Position numbers and translations under genes: made by a program. 64,000 bases of DNA from contig NC_058374.1 of NCBI RefSeq assembly GCF_018350175.1, forward strand, positions 38,192,001-38,256,000, in the 5' to 3' direction. The notes under the pieces were generated by a model that saw only the letters and a program-made list of their open reading frames with translations, searched no databases and was not told the origin of the DNA. This document shows positions 1 through 12,848 of this stretch, in pieces (the stretch's first letter is position 1; the number at the start of each line of letters is the position of its first letter). The stretch is from Felis catus (Eukaryota).

Positions 1-347
1 TTTGCAACTACATGGATGGAACTAGAGGGTATTATGCTAAGTGAAATTAGTCAGTCAGAGAAAGACAAAAATCATATGACTTCCCTCATATGAGGACTTT
101 AAGAGACAAAGTAGATGAACATAAGGGAAGGGAAACAAAAATGATATAAAAACAGGGAGGGGGACAAAACAGAAGAGACTCATGGAGAACAAACTGAGGG
201 TTACGGGAGGGGTTGTGGGAGGGGGGATGGGCTAAATGGGTAAGGGGCACTAAGGAATCTACTCCTGAAATCATTGTTGCACCATATGCTAATTTGGATG
301 TAAATTTTTAAAAAAATTAAAATTAAAAAATAGAAAATAAAAAAAAA
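1..347 (+). mobile_element. LINE-1 3' end (feline-type), cut by window edge
   Basis: ggatggaactagagggtattatgctaagtgaaat (L1 ORF2 end), G-rich 3' UTR and A-rich tail. Confidence 0.9.
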
Positions 348-989
348 CTCTCAGTAAATTAGGAAAAGAAAAAGCTTTCTGATAAAGGGTATTTATGAAA
401 AATTATCACTGATGAGCACTGGAAAAATAAATAAACAGAGATATGGTACTCGCCCTCACATAGTTTAAAAACTGATAGAGCCCATGAGACAAGAACCCAA
501 ACAACCAAGAATAGAAAGCTGAATGTGATAAATGGTCGCAAAATGATTCAGTCACCAAAGTGGGAAGTAGTGAGTAGTTAAGACTGGCGGGAGCATTTAA
601 GTGTCTAGGTAGAGTTGGAAACTAAGGCTGGAACGGTACAATAGAACCATTATGTGGAGTTAGGTTAAGGGATCTGAATTTTATCAGGCAGCAACAGAGA
701 ATTGTTTAATGTTACTGAGCAGGGCATGACACGCACAGAACTGTGACTTGGAACAATGCCTCTCGCAGCAAGTGGCAGAGCCCACAGACCACTAGTGGAA
801 GACCAGTTCAAGCCTGAACTACATCTCCAGGCTCACAGCACACTCCCACATACATGTGAACAAGCTTAATGACTAACAGATTTATAGCACCTGAGATGCA
901 CTTGAAGCTTTTGGAGACCTCGCTCCAGAGTACAGCACCCAGACCAGCACTGAACTGCCTCGGAGAAAACTTCCAGCCACAGCCTAGAG

Positions 990-1180
990 CAAAGCTTAGC
1001 AAACTTTTTTCCATAAAACGGTCAGATAGTAAGTGTCTCAGGTTTTGCAGGCCATGTGGTCTCTGTTGCAACTACTCAACTCACTAACACAACCAATGAC
1101 AACAACGTGTAGATGAAGGAGCTGAGTTGTGCTCTAATAACATAGGACTTGGCCCTTGAGCCATAGTTTGCCAACTCCTA
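990..1180. mobile_element. MER58A-like hAT-Charlie non-autonomous DNA transposon
   Basis: Terminal-inverted-repeat-like ends (cttagcaaac / gtttgccaac); exact 8-bp TSD gcctagag at 982-989 and 1181-1188. Confidence 0.8.
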
Positions 1181-1514
1181 GCCTAGAGTTTGGAGCCTCT
1201 TCCAGAACCCAAGTGACCAATCCAGTTACAGACCAACTCCAACTCCTTCCAGAAAACTAGTGTCATTCATCAAAGACTAAGAAAGCTCCTTCAGAAGTAC
1301 AATCCCTCTAGGCCTGAGAGTGTATCTGCCCACTGAAGAACCAGGGAAACTAATTCTCTGCCTAACCTTGTGACAGCTAAACCCCATCAGGCCCACACCA
1401 CTGCTATTCTTGCTTACCCCCCAAGGATACAAGCCTCTCCAAATGTCTTACTCTCCCACATCCTCTTTGCCTTTGCTCTTACTGTCTCCTCTCCCTAGAA
1501 GGGATGCTCACCTC

Positions 1515-1792
1515 CTACTCAGCTCACATGTCAATGCCACCTCCTCAGAGAGGTTCTCCCTGGTCCCCCAACCTATTAAAGCTCCCCTAGTCACTCTCAA
1601 TTACATTTCCATTTTCCATTCTTCATAGCACTTTGTACTATCTGAAATTATCTTATTTATTATATGTCTCCTCCCACAAAAATGTAAGTTCCATGAGATT
1701 GGGAAACTTGCTCATCTTGATCGCTACTGTATTTCTGGCCTAGTACCTGGTCCTCACTACCTACTTATTAAATAAAATGAACAAATAAATGA
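1515..1792 (+). mobile_element. L2 LINE 3' fragment
   Basis: aatgccacctcctcagagagg...tgtaagttccatgaga...aaatgaacaaataaatga resembles the L2 3' end. Confidence 0.7.
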
Positions 1793-2536
1793 GTTGCCCT
1801 ATTTGCTCTGTGCTTCTTCCCTCCAACTACCCCTCTGCCTCCACCCCTTCCAACTTCTCTCCAACACCTTTGGAAAAGCCTCTGTATTACAAAAACTTCC
1901 TTCTCTCCTCAACTCTTTTTTTTTTAAGTGTATTTTGAGAGAGAGAGAGAGAGAGAGCCCCAAGCAGGGATTCCACACTGACAGCGTGGAGCCTGACAAA
2001 GGGTCATGAGATCATGACCTGAGCTGAAATCAAAAGTCGGCCGCTTAACCGACTGAGCCAGGTTTCCTCAAATGGAAACCTGAGAACATGATTTTTCCTG
2101 CATGCTCTCAAGTGGAGGCTGCTTGTTTTCTCCTGTGCTGCACACCTTAGGGTCAGACACCACACATACCCCCCCCTTTTTATTTCCAGTCTTGTTTAAA
2201 CACTTTCTCTCCAGTCCCACCCCCACTGCCACCCGCTCCCTCATTGGTAAGTCTCTACTCATCCAGTTGAGCCCTGATGTCATTGCTCTAAAAACTCTGC
2301 CTGGGTACCTGGCCCACACTGCTGTCATCCAGATAATGTGCACCCCCCCAGCCCCTGGAATGTTCTCATTTATGAGAGCATTTTTCATACTGTATTGAAA
2401 CGATCAGCTTAAGGTATCTATCTCTTCCTTCACCCTATCCCCCAGAACTAGGCCATAAGCTCTGTGGGGGAAGGAACTTATCATCGTGCCTGAATATAAT
2501 GGGTTATCCATAAACATTTATTAAGTGAAAGAAGTC

Positions 2537-3086
2537 GTGGGGCACCTGGGTGGCTCAATCAGTTGGGTATCTGATTCTTGATTTTGGCTCAGGTCATGAT
2601 CCCAAGGTCATAGGATCGAGCCCCGCATCAGGCTCCATGATAAGCATAGAACCTACTTAAGATTCTCTCTCTTGGTTGGGGCGCTTGAGTGGCTCAGTCA
2701 GTTAAATGTCCAATTTTGGCTCAGGTCATGATCTCATGGTTATGTGGGTCCGAACCCTGCATTGGGCTTTGTGCTTACAGCTCAGAGTCTGGAGCCAGCT
2801 TCAGATTCTGTGTCTCCCTCTCTCTTTCTGTCCCTCCCCACTCACACTCTGTCTCTCTCTCTCTCTTTCAAAAATAAGTAAACATTTTTAAAAAATTAAA
2901 AAAAAAAAAGATTCTCTCTCTTGGGGCACCTAGGTGGCTCAGTCTGTCAAGCAGCCTACTCTTGATTTTGGCTCAGGTCTTGATCTCGTGGTTCGTGGGT
3001 TCGAGTCCGACATCTAGCTCTGTGGGATTTTCTGTCCCTCTCTCTTCCTTTCCCCCACTAATGCGTGCTCTCTCTATATAAAATAA

Positions 3087-3121
<35 letters not shown>
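2537..3121 (+). mobile_element. Cluster of three nested/tandem CanSINEs
   Basis: Three ggggc(a/g)c..gtggctca heads at ~2537, 2676, 2922; (CT)n stretches; A-rich and (AAAT)n tails. Confidence 0.9.
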
Positions 3122-3589
3122 AGTCATAAGCTATTCCAACAGTGAGAGAAACTAAACATGGTGAGACCTAACAGGAAGCCTCTGCCAGTGAGAAATGCTA
3201 AGGGTCTAGATTGGAGAAGTATGGCAGGAATGAAATGTAGAGTGGGACATGATGCCCCATACTTGCCAATGACATGCCATCTTTCTCACCAGATCTCTCC
3301 TCCTCCCTTCTGTTCATCTCATCAGCTGCCACCAGCACTCACCCCTGCCACTGAAGCCAGAGAAACCTGGGAGACATCTGCCCCCAACCCACTCCATCTA
3401 ATCAGAGACCAAACCTCATGTCCAACTCTCCTTCCCCACCCCACTGCTTCCATCTTTGTTCAGAGCACCATCATCTCGCACCCCTGCCTGCTTCAGGTAA
3501 ATCAGTCTTCAGGTCTGCCCTTCCTACAACCCTACAGTATCCCTCCTCTGCAGACCTGGAAGAGTGAACTTTTTAATTAACTATTTATT

Positions 3590-3812
3590 TTTTATTTTTT
3601 ATTAATTTTTATTTATTTTAAGAGAGAGAGTATGCACATACACACATAAGCAGGGGAGGGACAGTAGAAAGCGGGAGAGCGAGAACCCCAAGCAGCCTCC
3701 ACACTGTCAGCACAGCACCTGACAGGGGCTCAATCTCATGAACCACGAGATCATGACCTGAGCTGAAATCAAGAGTTGGTCACTTACCCAACTGAGCCAC
3801 CCAGGCACCCCT
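3590..3812 (-). mobile_element. CanSINE
   Basis: Reverse head gagccacccaggcacccc and T-rich tail. Confidence 0.85.
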
Positions 3813-4084
3813 AAAACAGTGAACTTTTTTAAAGTGCAAATCTGAGTGTGTTATTCTCCTGATTAAACCCCTATGATGGCTTTCCATTTCCTTCATGGCT
3901 CTAGTTCAGGCTCCTTAGCATGGCAGCCAAGGATAGCACTGCATGATCCATCAGCTTCCAGAGGCTCTTCTCCTGCTCCCTCCCTAGCACCTTTTGCCCA
4001 TAGTCAGTGTTATGCTCACCCTGGCTTCCCTGGCTGTGATGCCCTTCTTGGCTGTGTATGGACACATACATATGACTTCGTTCT

Positions 4085-4290
4085 TTCATTTATTTGTTTG
4101 TTTATTTATTTATTTACTTATTTATTATTTTAGAGAGAGTGTGTGTGCATTAGTGGGGGAGAGGCAGAGAGAGAAGGACAGAGAATCCCAGAGAGTTAGA
4201 CGTGGGGCTCGAACCCACAAACCATGAGATCATGACCTGAGCCAAAATCAAGAGTAGGCTGCTTAACTGACTGAACCACCCAGGTGCCCA
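4085..4290 (-). mobile_element. CanSINE
   Basis: (TTTA)n tail, gagatcatgacctgagc, ccacccaggtgccc. Confidence 0.85.
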
Positions 4291-4980
4291 TCATCTTTCA
4301 AGACCTAGTTCAAGCATCTCCTCTAAGGAGGTGCTTTGTAATGTCTCCCCATCCTTCCTTGAGACACTGCAGTCCTCCAAGCAGCCTTCTGCCTTAGCAC
4401 CTCATGCCATATCTGGCACTTTATGTGTTTCCATTGGCTTCTCCAGAGCAGGGTCCCATATATATCTTAGTCAGCTTTGCATCCCCAGTGCCCAGCACAT
4501 AGTGGGCAGTCAGTAACCATCTGAAAACTGAATGGAATCCAAGGAAGCTCTGGAGTGATCACCTGGGTGATGGGGGAAATGATCTGCTGCCCTCTCCTGA
4601 CAACGTGAGGCATTGTCCTAACCACAGACACCATCCAACCTTGCAAAAAAATTAAAAAAAAAAAATTGGAGGAGGAGTAAGCTGGAAAAGGGGAGGATGG
4701 AGAATAGAATTGGATTGAGGTGTTGGTGGGACACCTTCGTCCACTCCCACACTGTTCCCATGTCCATGCAAGCTAGGGTGCAAAAGCCAGGTCAGTGCTT
4801 CCAAAGGAGGGCGTATCCTTAGAATGGGTCTGTCCCTGACACTGAACTGTAAACTCTAAATTATACTGTATTTGTTTTCCACTCTGTCCTGTTGTCATTG
4901 TTGTTGCTATTCCTGCTGTTTCCATTCATTTTAGTAGGCAATCACTAATTTTTTCCTCCATTGTTTTAAAACATGTTTTT

Positions 4981-5200
4981 TGGGGTGCCTGGGTGGCTCA
5001 GTCAGTTAAGCATCCAACTTCAGCTCAGGTCATGATCTCACAGTTTGTGAGTTCGAGGCCAGCGTCAGGCTCTGTGCTGACAGCTCAGAGCCTGTAGCTG
5101 CTTCAGATTCTGTGTCTCCCTCTCTCTCTCTGCCCCTCCCCCGCTCGTGCTCTGTCTCTCTCACTCTCAAAAATAAATAATAAAACATTTTTAAAAATTA
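4981..5200 (+). mobile_element. CanSINE (feline type)
   Basis: ggggtgcctgggtggctcagtcagttaag head, (CT)n, A tail. Confidence 0.9.
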
Positions 5201-7204
5201 ATAAATAAAACATGTGTTTTGTTCTTGTACATAGAAAGACTGAATTTGACCACTAGTTTCTCTTGATTTTAATTCAACTTCCCACTGGTCTAGTGTCTAG
5301 TGTTGTGTCTAGTGCTCTGGGTGTCTCTCCTTTCTGCCAAACTACAAACACCAGTTAGGATCCCCCACCCTTCACCCCTTCCCACAGCTTCAACAAGCCA
5401 CGCGAAGTCATGGCAGGGGAGGGTGGCTTTCGGCAAGGAGAATCATTACTTTTCTCCTCTTGGGGCCATAGTCTTATTGCCTGCATTTTGACATGTGGAA
5501 AATTGTCTAACACCTAACATGAGAAATCAACTTGGTGAAGGAGCTTGAGACTGGAGACAGAAGTTGGTGAGTGATGTGTATACCCAGATAGGTAAAGACT
5601 CAGAGCAGCTAAGATAGCCACCTGCAGAGAAACATCACCTCTTACTCATCTTTGAGTCCTTAATGTTTACCACACAAGGTACTCAGTAAATATCTAATGT
5701 TTGTTGAAATATTGAAAGGAGAGTACACACATGCACACACACACACACATGAAAGAAAAAAAGGGACAAGGATGAGAGGTCCAACTTTTTATAGTGTGAA
5801 TGATTAGAGCTGCCTGATAGATTTGCCCTAAATTTAGGGATTTACCCCACTAGAAAGGAAATGCCTTTTTCAATGAACAAATGATCTCTTCTGGGCTTCC
5901 AAAGAAGGCCTCCTCATCTCTTACTTAGTTCCGGTCCAATCATCCTACCCTTGAAGAGTTTACTGAACAACTTTGGAATGGCATCATAAACATTGTCTCC
6001 ACATAAAACTGTACCTGCCTTCAAGTGGTTTACAATATACTTGGTGAGACGTAGCGCAAATGAAGAAAATTGTTCCCTGTCCTCAGGAAGGGAACAATTG
6101 AGTCACCAATTCCTAAGTCATCTCACTGGAACGCAAGGCATCCATCTGCACCTGCCTTTTCAGAATAATTAGAGGACCCTATAATACAGGATGAAATAGT
6201 CAACCAACAATCACTGGGCGCTGAAAACATGCACTGTAGAAAATAAGTAGTATTCAGGTGGAGCTACCAGGGAAAGCTTCCTGAAGGAGGCTGGGTTTGA
6301 ACTCTCCTAGACTAGGGAGAAGTAGTAAAGAGAATGGAAAATTCCTTGTCCAGGGCTCTGGAGGCATCCTGGGTCTGAAGGACAGAAGTCTCATCAAAGC
6401 TCCAGAGGTGGGGAGACAGTGTAAGCCCGCCCGCGTTCTCAGCATGGAGTGTGCCACCAGGGCCAGAGAGAGAGGTAGAGAGGACAAGTGCATACCTCTC
6501 AAGATCCCAAATAGTGTGCTTTGGTGCCCTTTGAATATGGCCCCCCTCCAACAAAACCCATGCCCGTGCAGAGTGTAGTGAAGTGCTGGCCAGGCTGACA
6601 GCGCCACCTCAGAATGTCATCAGGGAGGCCTGCGTTAGTTCAGAGACGACCGATGGGGTGGGGCATGCTAGGCAATCTGGAGAGCCAGAGTGTCTCAGAC
6701 AGATGAGGTGACCATGACTCCCAGACCCCCCAACCTTCATGAACAGAGTCTCTTTGATTCGCAGAACTGTGTGACGCTGTTCTGGAATAACAGTCAACAG
6801 CATGCCAGGTTCGCCCTCCCACCAGGTGGAGTGAGAGAGGCTGAGTCTTTCCTCCCCCTGCTCATTGCATCCCAGTCCAGCCAACACCCCCCCCCCAAAC
6901 TTCCAATGAACCACCTAAACACTCCAATCCGAGTGGTCTCTTATCAGCGGAGGGCCAAATTCCTCTGCTTCCACCTAATAATCTCATCTCCCGCTCTCCG
7001 GCACACTCTACCCCATCCGAGGCCCATCTACTCTGTGCAGCAGGTACTCATGTCCATTTTAGGGCAGCTCTCTCATACTGTTCTCACCTCCTGAACACCC
7101 TGCCCCCTCCACTCAGAAAAGTATGGCAGAAACAAAATCAAGACTGGACACGGAAGCAAAGAAAAAGGCTCTGAATCGTTCCATAGACACTGAGTGCCGA
7201 TATA

Positions 7205-7348
7205 CCTCTGCTCTAGCGAATCACCGCAGATGTGGGACTTCAAACAACACAAAGTGGTTATCTTACAGTGTGAGGTCAGAGGTCCAAAATCAGTCTCACT
7301 GGGCTAAAATCAAGGTGTCAGCTGGGCCACATTCCTTCCGGAGGCTCC
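7205..7348. mobile_element. MaLR (MLT1/MST-like) LTR fragment
   Basis: aaacaacac...tcttacagt...gaggtcagaggtccaaaat...ctgggctaaaatcaaggtgtcagc; truncated by a SINE. Confidence 0.65.
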
Positions 7349-7857
7349 AGGGCGCCTGGGTGGCTCAGTCGGTTAAGCGTCAATTTCAGCTCAGGTCATG
7401 ATCTCACCGTTTGTGAGTTCAAGCCTCACATCAGCCTCTGGGCTGACAGTGTGGAGCCTGCTTGAGATTCTCTCTCTCCCTCTCTTTCTGCCCTCCCCCA
7501 CTTGCGTGCATGCGCTCTCTCTCTCTCTCTCTCTCAAAATGAATAAATAAAGTTAAAAAAAATAAAAATAAAGCAGTGCCTGGGTGGCTCAATTGGTTAA
7601 GTCTCCAACTTCTGTTCAGGTCATGATCTCACAGTTCATAGGTTTGAGCCCCATGTTGGGGTCTGTGCTGACAGCTCAGAGCCTGGAGCCTGCTTTGGAT
7701 TCTGTGTCTCCCTCTCTCTCTCTGCTNNNNNNNNNNNNNNNNNNNNNNNNNNNNNNNNNNNNNNNNNNNNNNNNNNNNNNNNNNNNNNNNNNNNNNNNNN
7801 NNNNNNNNNNNNNNNNNNNNNNNNNNNNNNNNNNNNNNNNNNNNNNNNNNNNNNNNN

Positions 7858-10800
7858 CCAAAACAAACAAAAAATTCCTAGGAATAAATCTAATAAAAGA
7901 TGTGTCAGACCTCTATACTGAAAATAAAAACACAAAACATTACTGAAATAAAAGTAAAGAATATCCAAATAAATGGAGGAATATATCATGTTCGTGGGTT
8001 GGAAAACTCAGTATTAGATGTCAAATCTCCCTAATTTGATTTATAAATTCAATGAACTCTCAATCAAAATCCCAGCATTTTTTGAAGACATTGACAAGGT
8101 GACTATAAAATGTATATGAAAAAAATAAAAGAATAGAAAATCCAAGGCAATCTTGAAACAGAAGAACAAAACTGGAAGACTAGTACCACAAGATATGAAA
8201 ACTTATTTTAAAGCTAGAGCAACTAAGATAGTGAGATATTGGCACAAGGATAGATTAACAGACCAATGGAACAAAATAGAGTACACAAACAGATATAAAT
8301 ATATGGTCACATGTGACAGATGACAAAGGAGCTATAGAGCTACAGTAGTAATCAGGACAGCGCGGTATTGACAAAGGAAAAGACAAACAGATCAATGGAA
8401 CACAACAGAGTGTGCAGAAACAGATCCACATAAATACAGTCAACTGATTTTTCACAAAGGAGCAAAGGAGATACAACGGAGCAAAGACCGTCTTTTCAAC
8501 AAACAGCACTGGAGCAACTGAACACCCCAGTGCCAAAAAAAGAATCCAGGCACAGACCGTAACCCCTTCACAGAATTAACTCAAACTGGATCACAGACCT
8601 AAATGTCTATGGGCAGAACTGCAAAACGCCTAGAAGGTAACACAGGAAAAAAACCTAGATGACCTTGGTCATGGCAATGAGGCTTTAGATACAACACCAA
8701 AGTCACAATCCATGAAAGAAACAATGGATAAACTGGACTTCATTACAATTAAAAACCTCTGCTCTAAAAATCAATGTCAAGAGTATGGGAAGACAAGACA
8801 CAGACAAGAAGGAAGTATTTGCAAAAGACACATCTGATAGTGGACTGCTGTCCAAAATATACAAAGAATTCTTAAGACTCAACAATAAGAAAACAAACAA
8901 ATCTGATTTTTTTTAATGTTTATTTTTGACAGAGAGACAGAGTATGAATGGGGGAGGGGCAGAGGGAGAGAGGGAGACACAGAATCTGAAGCAGGCTCCA
9001 GGCTCTGAGCTGCCAGCACAGAGCCCGATGTGGGGCTCGAACTAACGGACCACGAGATCGTGACCTGAGCTGAAGTTGGATGCCCAACTTCAAACAAATG
9101 TGATTTAAAAATGGGCCCAAAACCTTGACAGATACCTCACGGAAGATACACAGATGGCAAATAAGCATACAAAAGGGTGTTCTACATCATACACCACAGG
9201 GAAAAGAAAATTAAAATGACAAGAAAACACTACACACCTACTAGAATGGCCAAAATCCATAACACTGACAAAACCAAATGCTGATCAGGATGTGAAGTAT
9301 TAGGAAAGAGAGTTCCTAACTGTCACTGGTGGGAAGGCAAAACACCCACTTTGCAATATAGTTTAGCGGTTTCGTACAAAACCAAACATACTCTTACCAT
9401 ACAATGGTTTACCCAAAGACGTCTAAAACTTATGTCCATACAAAAACCTGCACACAGGTGTTTGTAACAGCTTTATTCAGTTATTGGTATATGGTATGGT
9501 ATATGGTATATACATGTCATTACAAATTTGTCCAAATCCATAGAATGTACTAGACCAAGAGGGAACCTGGGGCGCCTGGATGGCTCAGTCGGTTAAGTGT
9601 CCAACTCTTGATTTCAACTCAAGTCCATCTCGTGAGTTTGAGCCCCACGTCAGGCTATTTGCTAACAGTGCAGAATCAGCTTGAGATTCTCTCCCTCTCT
9701 TTCTGCCCCTCCCATGCTCATGCACTCTCGCTCTCTCCTCTCCCCTTTCTCTCTCTCTCTCAAAATAAATAAACTTAAAAAAAAAAAAAAAAAAGACCAA
9801 GAGTGAACCCTTATGTAAACTATGGGCTTTGATTGGCGGTAATGTATTGATGCAGGTTCACTGATTTTAACAAATGCACTCCTCTGGTGGGGGGATGTTG
9901 ATAATGGGGAGAGGCTATAGTGGGTGTGAGGGTAGGGTTCTAGGCGAAATCTCTGCGCCTTCTGCTCAGTTTTGCTTTGCATCTAAAACTGCTCTAAAAA
10001 CTAAAGTCTATTAGAGAAAATCACCAAGCATAAAAAATACATTAGTAAACTGAACTTCATTAAAATTAAAATGTTCATCAAAATATACCATTATGTGGAG
10101 TGCCTGAGTGGCTCAGTCCGTTAAGCATCTGACTTGGGCTGAGGTCATGATCTCACAGTCCATGGGTTCGAGCCCCACATCGGGCTCAGCGCTGGCAATG
10201 GAACTTGGGATTCTCTCTCCTCCTCTCTCTCTCTGCCCTTCCCCACTCATGCTTTCTCTCTCTCAAAATAACTAAAAAAAAAAAAACAAAAAACAAAAAA
10301 ACACACATATCATACCATTATGTGAGTGAAAAGTCACACCACAGACCAAAAGATTATTGCAATATATCTGTCAAAGCAAATCATACCTATAATATATAAA
10401 GAAACTCCAAAATAACAAAAACATAGACAATGTAATCTTTTAAAATGGGCCAAAGATACAAACAGGTACCTCACAAAGATTTGAACGACCCATACAGATG
10501 GCCAATAAGTATATGAAAAGGTGTTCAATTTCATTGGCTATCAAGGAAATACAAATTACATAGCACTACTTCCCCCAGATAAGCTAAATTTAAAAGGACT
10601 GACAATACCATGTTTTGGCAAGAATGAGCAAGAACTAGAACTCTCAGACACTCTAGGTGGGAGTGTAACTTGATACCATGACTTCAGAAAATTGGCAGTA
10701 CCCACCAAAGCTAAATATAAGGAAAACCCATGACCCAGCAATTGTGTTTCTTAGGTATATACCAAACTGAAATGAGCACTTGTGTCTTCAAAAGTCATGT

Positions 10801-11345
10801 ATAAGTATGTTCACACGGTGGCTGCGTGACTCAGTCGGTGAAGCGTCCGACTTCGACTTAGGTCATGATATTGCGGTTTGTGAGTTCAAGCCCCACATTG
10901 GGCGCTCTGCAGTCAGCGTAGAGCCTCCTTCAGATCCTCTGTCCCCCTTTCTCTCTGCTCCCCCTCCCTCTCGCTCTCTCTCAAAAATAAATAAACATTT
11001 AAAAAAAAAGAATGTTCATAGAAGCTTTGTACATAATAGCTCAAACCTGGAAACAACCCCAATATCATCAACAATTGAATGGGTAAGAAAATTGTGATAC
11101 AGTCACAGGATCAAATATTATATAACAACAAAAGGTAATGAACTACTCCTGCATATAACAAAATGGATGAATTTCACACACAATGTGGAATTAAGGAAGC
11201 CAGTCAAAAAAGTACATACTGTATGATTCCTTTTGAATAACGTCCAAACACAGAGAGAATTAATCTATGGTGATAGAGGTCAGAATAGTGGTTACTCCTA
11301 CCCCTAGGGATGATTATTGCCCAAGCAGGGGACATGAGGGAGGCT
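7858..11345 (+). mobile_element. Old nested LINE-1 remnants (ORF2 3' part and 3' UTRs) interrupted by CanSINEs at ~8910-9090(-), 9569-9792, 10097-10290, 10815-11008
   Basis: L1 ORF2-type sequence (ctaggaataaatctaa, gaccaatggaac, gacccagcaatt) with many stops; L1MB/MC-like 3' UTR gtgaacccttatgtaaactatgg at ~9800. Confidence 0.85.
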
Positions 11346-12390
11346 GNNNNNNNNNNNNNNNNNNNNNNNNNNNNNNNNNNNNNNNNNNNNNNNNNNNNNN
11401 NNNNNNNNNNNNNNNNNNNNNNNNNNNNNNNNNNNNNNNNNNNNNNNNNNNNNNNNNNNNNNNNNNNNNNNNNNNNNNNNNNNNNNNNNNNNNNNNNNNN
11501 NNNNNNNNNNNNNNNNNNNNNNNNNNNNNNNNNNNNNNNNNNNNNNNNNNNNNNNNNNNNNNNNNNNNNNNNNNNNNNNNNNNNNNNNNNNNNNNNNNNN
11601 NNNNTACATTTACATATTTTTTAAGTAAATAGAGAATACTACCCATCTTTCAAGATCTTCCTTAAGTTCTAGCTCTTTCTGAGGCCTTCCCAGCATACTT
11701 TCCCCCTTACCAGATCTAGGCATTTTGCTCTTTGAAACAGTGCCACACTGATTCGCCCTTGGTTTTGCTCTAACTTCTCTGTGTGAGCATCTCAAGGGTA
11801 GGGTACTTCTGTCATAGACTCTAGGCACCCTACAAACCCTAGTGATGACCTTGGAACTCAATATGTGTGCAGTAAATAACTTTATACCAACTGGCCATTT
11901 ATAGGAAGTAGTAGCAGCAAGCATTAGTGGGCACCAGTCTTGAGGAAGGGCTGAGGGATGTTCTCCATAACCCTATCTTTCCTTCCCATGGGAAAGAGAG
12001 GACAGTTGGGATGTCGAATAATTGATCAATGAAGGAGCAGACCAAGAACCCCTTTATAAAAGGATACCCTTCTCCCCCAAAGGTGTATGAGGCTCTCTTT
12101 GTCTGGTCTATCCCAGAATCTATGTGAGTATTTCCAACCTTGGTTAGGGTTCCCAGTATCATATGAAGTAATTAAACCTGAGGAAGCGAGCCCAAGGAAA
12201 TACCAGAATAGTTTCCCTGGAGGTGGCTAGTTGTGGAGAGAACCCAGGTGAAAGGTTAAAGACAGAGATGTTCTGAATACACATTCTGAATAAATGCTAA
12301 AAGAATAAACATTAAGCCAATATTTGACTAACTGGTAAAGCTATTACCAATATAGAACTAACTTCTGGGAAATAAGAACAAATCTGAACT

Positions 12391-12605
12391 GGGGCGCCTG
12401 GGTGGCGCAGTCGGTTAAGCGTCCGACTTCAGCCAGGTCACGATCTCGCGGTCCGTGAGTTCGAGTCCCGCATCCGGCTCTGGGCTGATGGCTCAGAGCC
12501 TGGAGCCTGTTTCCGATTCTGTGTCTCCCTCTCTCTCTGCCCCTCCCCCGTTCATGCTCTGTCTCTCTCTGTCCCAAAAATAAATAAACGTTGAAAAAAA
12601 AAAAA
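12391..12605 (+). mobile_element. Young feline SINE (SINEC_Fc type)
   Basis: CpG-intact ggggcgcctgggtggcgcagtcggttaagcgtccgac; TSD aatctgaact at 12381-12390 and 12607-12616. Confidence 0.93.
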
Positions 12606-12659
12606 GAATCTGAACTTTCACATAAATTTTTTATTATTATTACAATTTAAACACTTTAA

Positions 12660-12848
12660 TTTTTTTAAATGTTTGTTCAATTTTGAGAGGGAGAGGGTGA
12701 GTGTGAGTGGGGAGGGGCAGAGAGAGAATCCCAAGCAGGCTCTGTGCTATCAGCTCAGGGCCCGATGTGGGGCGCGAACTCACCAAACACGAGATCATGA
12801 CCTGAGCCTAAGTCAACGCTTAACTGACTAAGCCACTCAGGTTCCCCC
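12660..12848 (-). mobile_element. CanSINE
   Basis: Reverse-orientation body (gagatcatgacctgagc, gactaagccactcagg). Confidence 0.8.

Noticed and set aside
12391-12470. tRNA-like A-box/B-box sequence
   Set aside because: Head of a tRNA-derived SINE; no cloverleaf, followed by SINE body and A tail.
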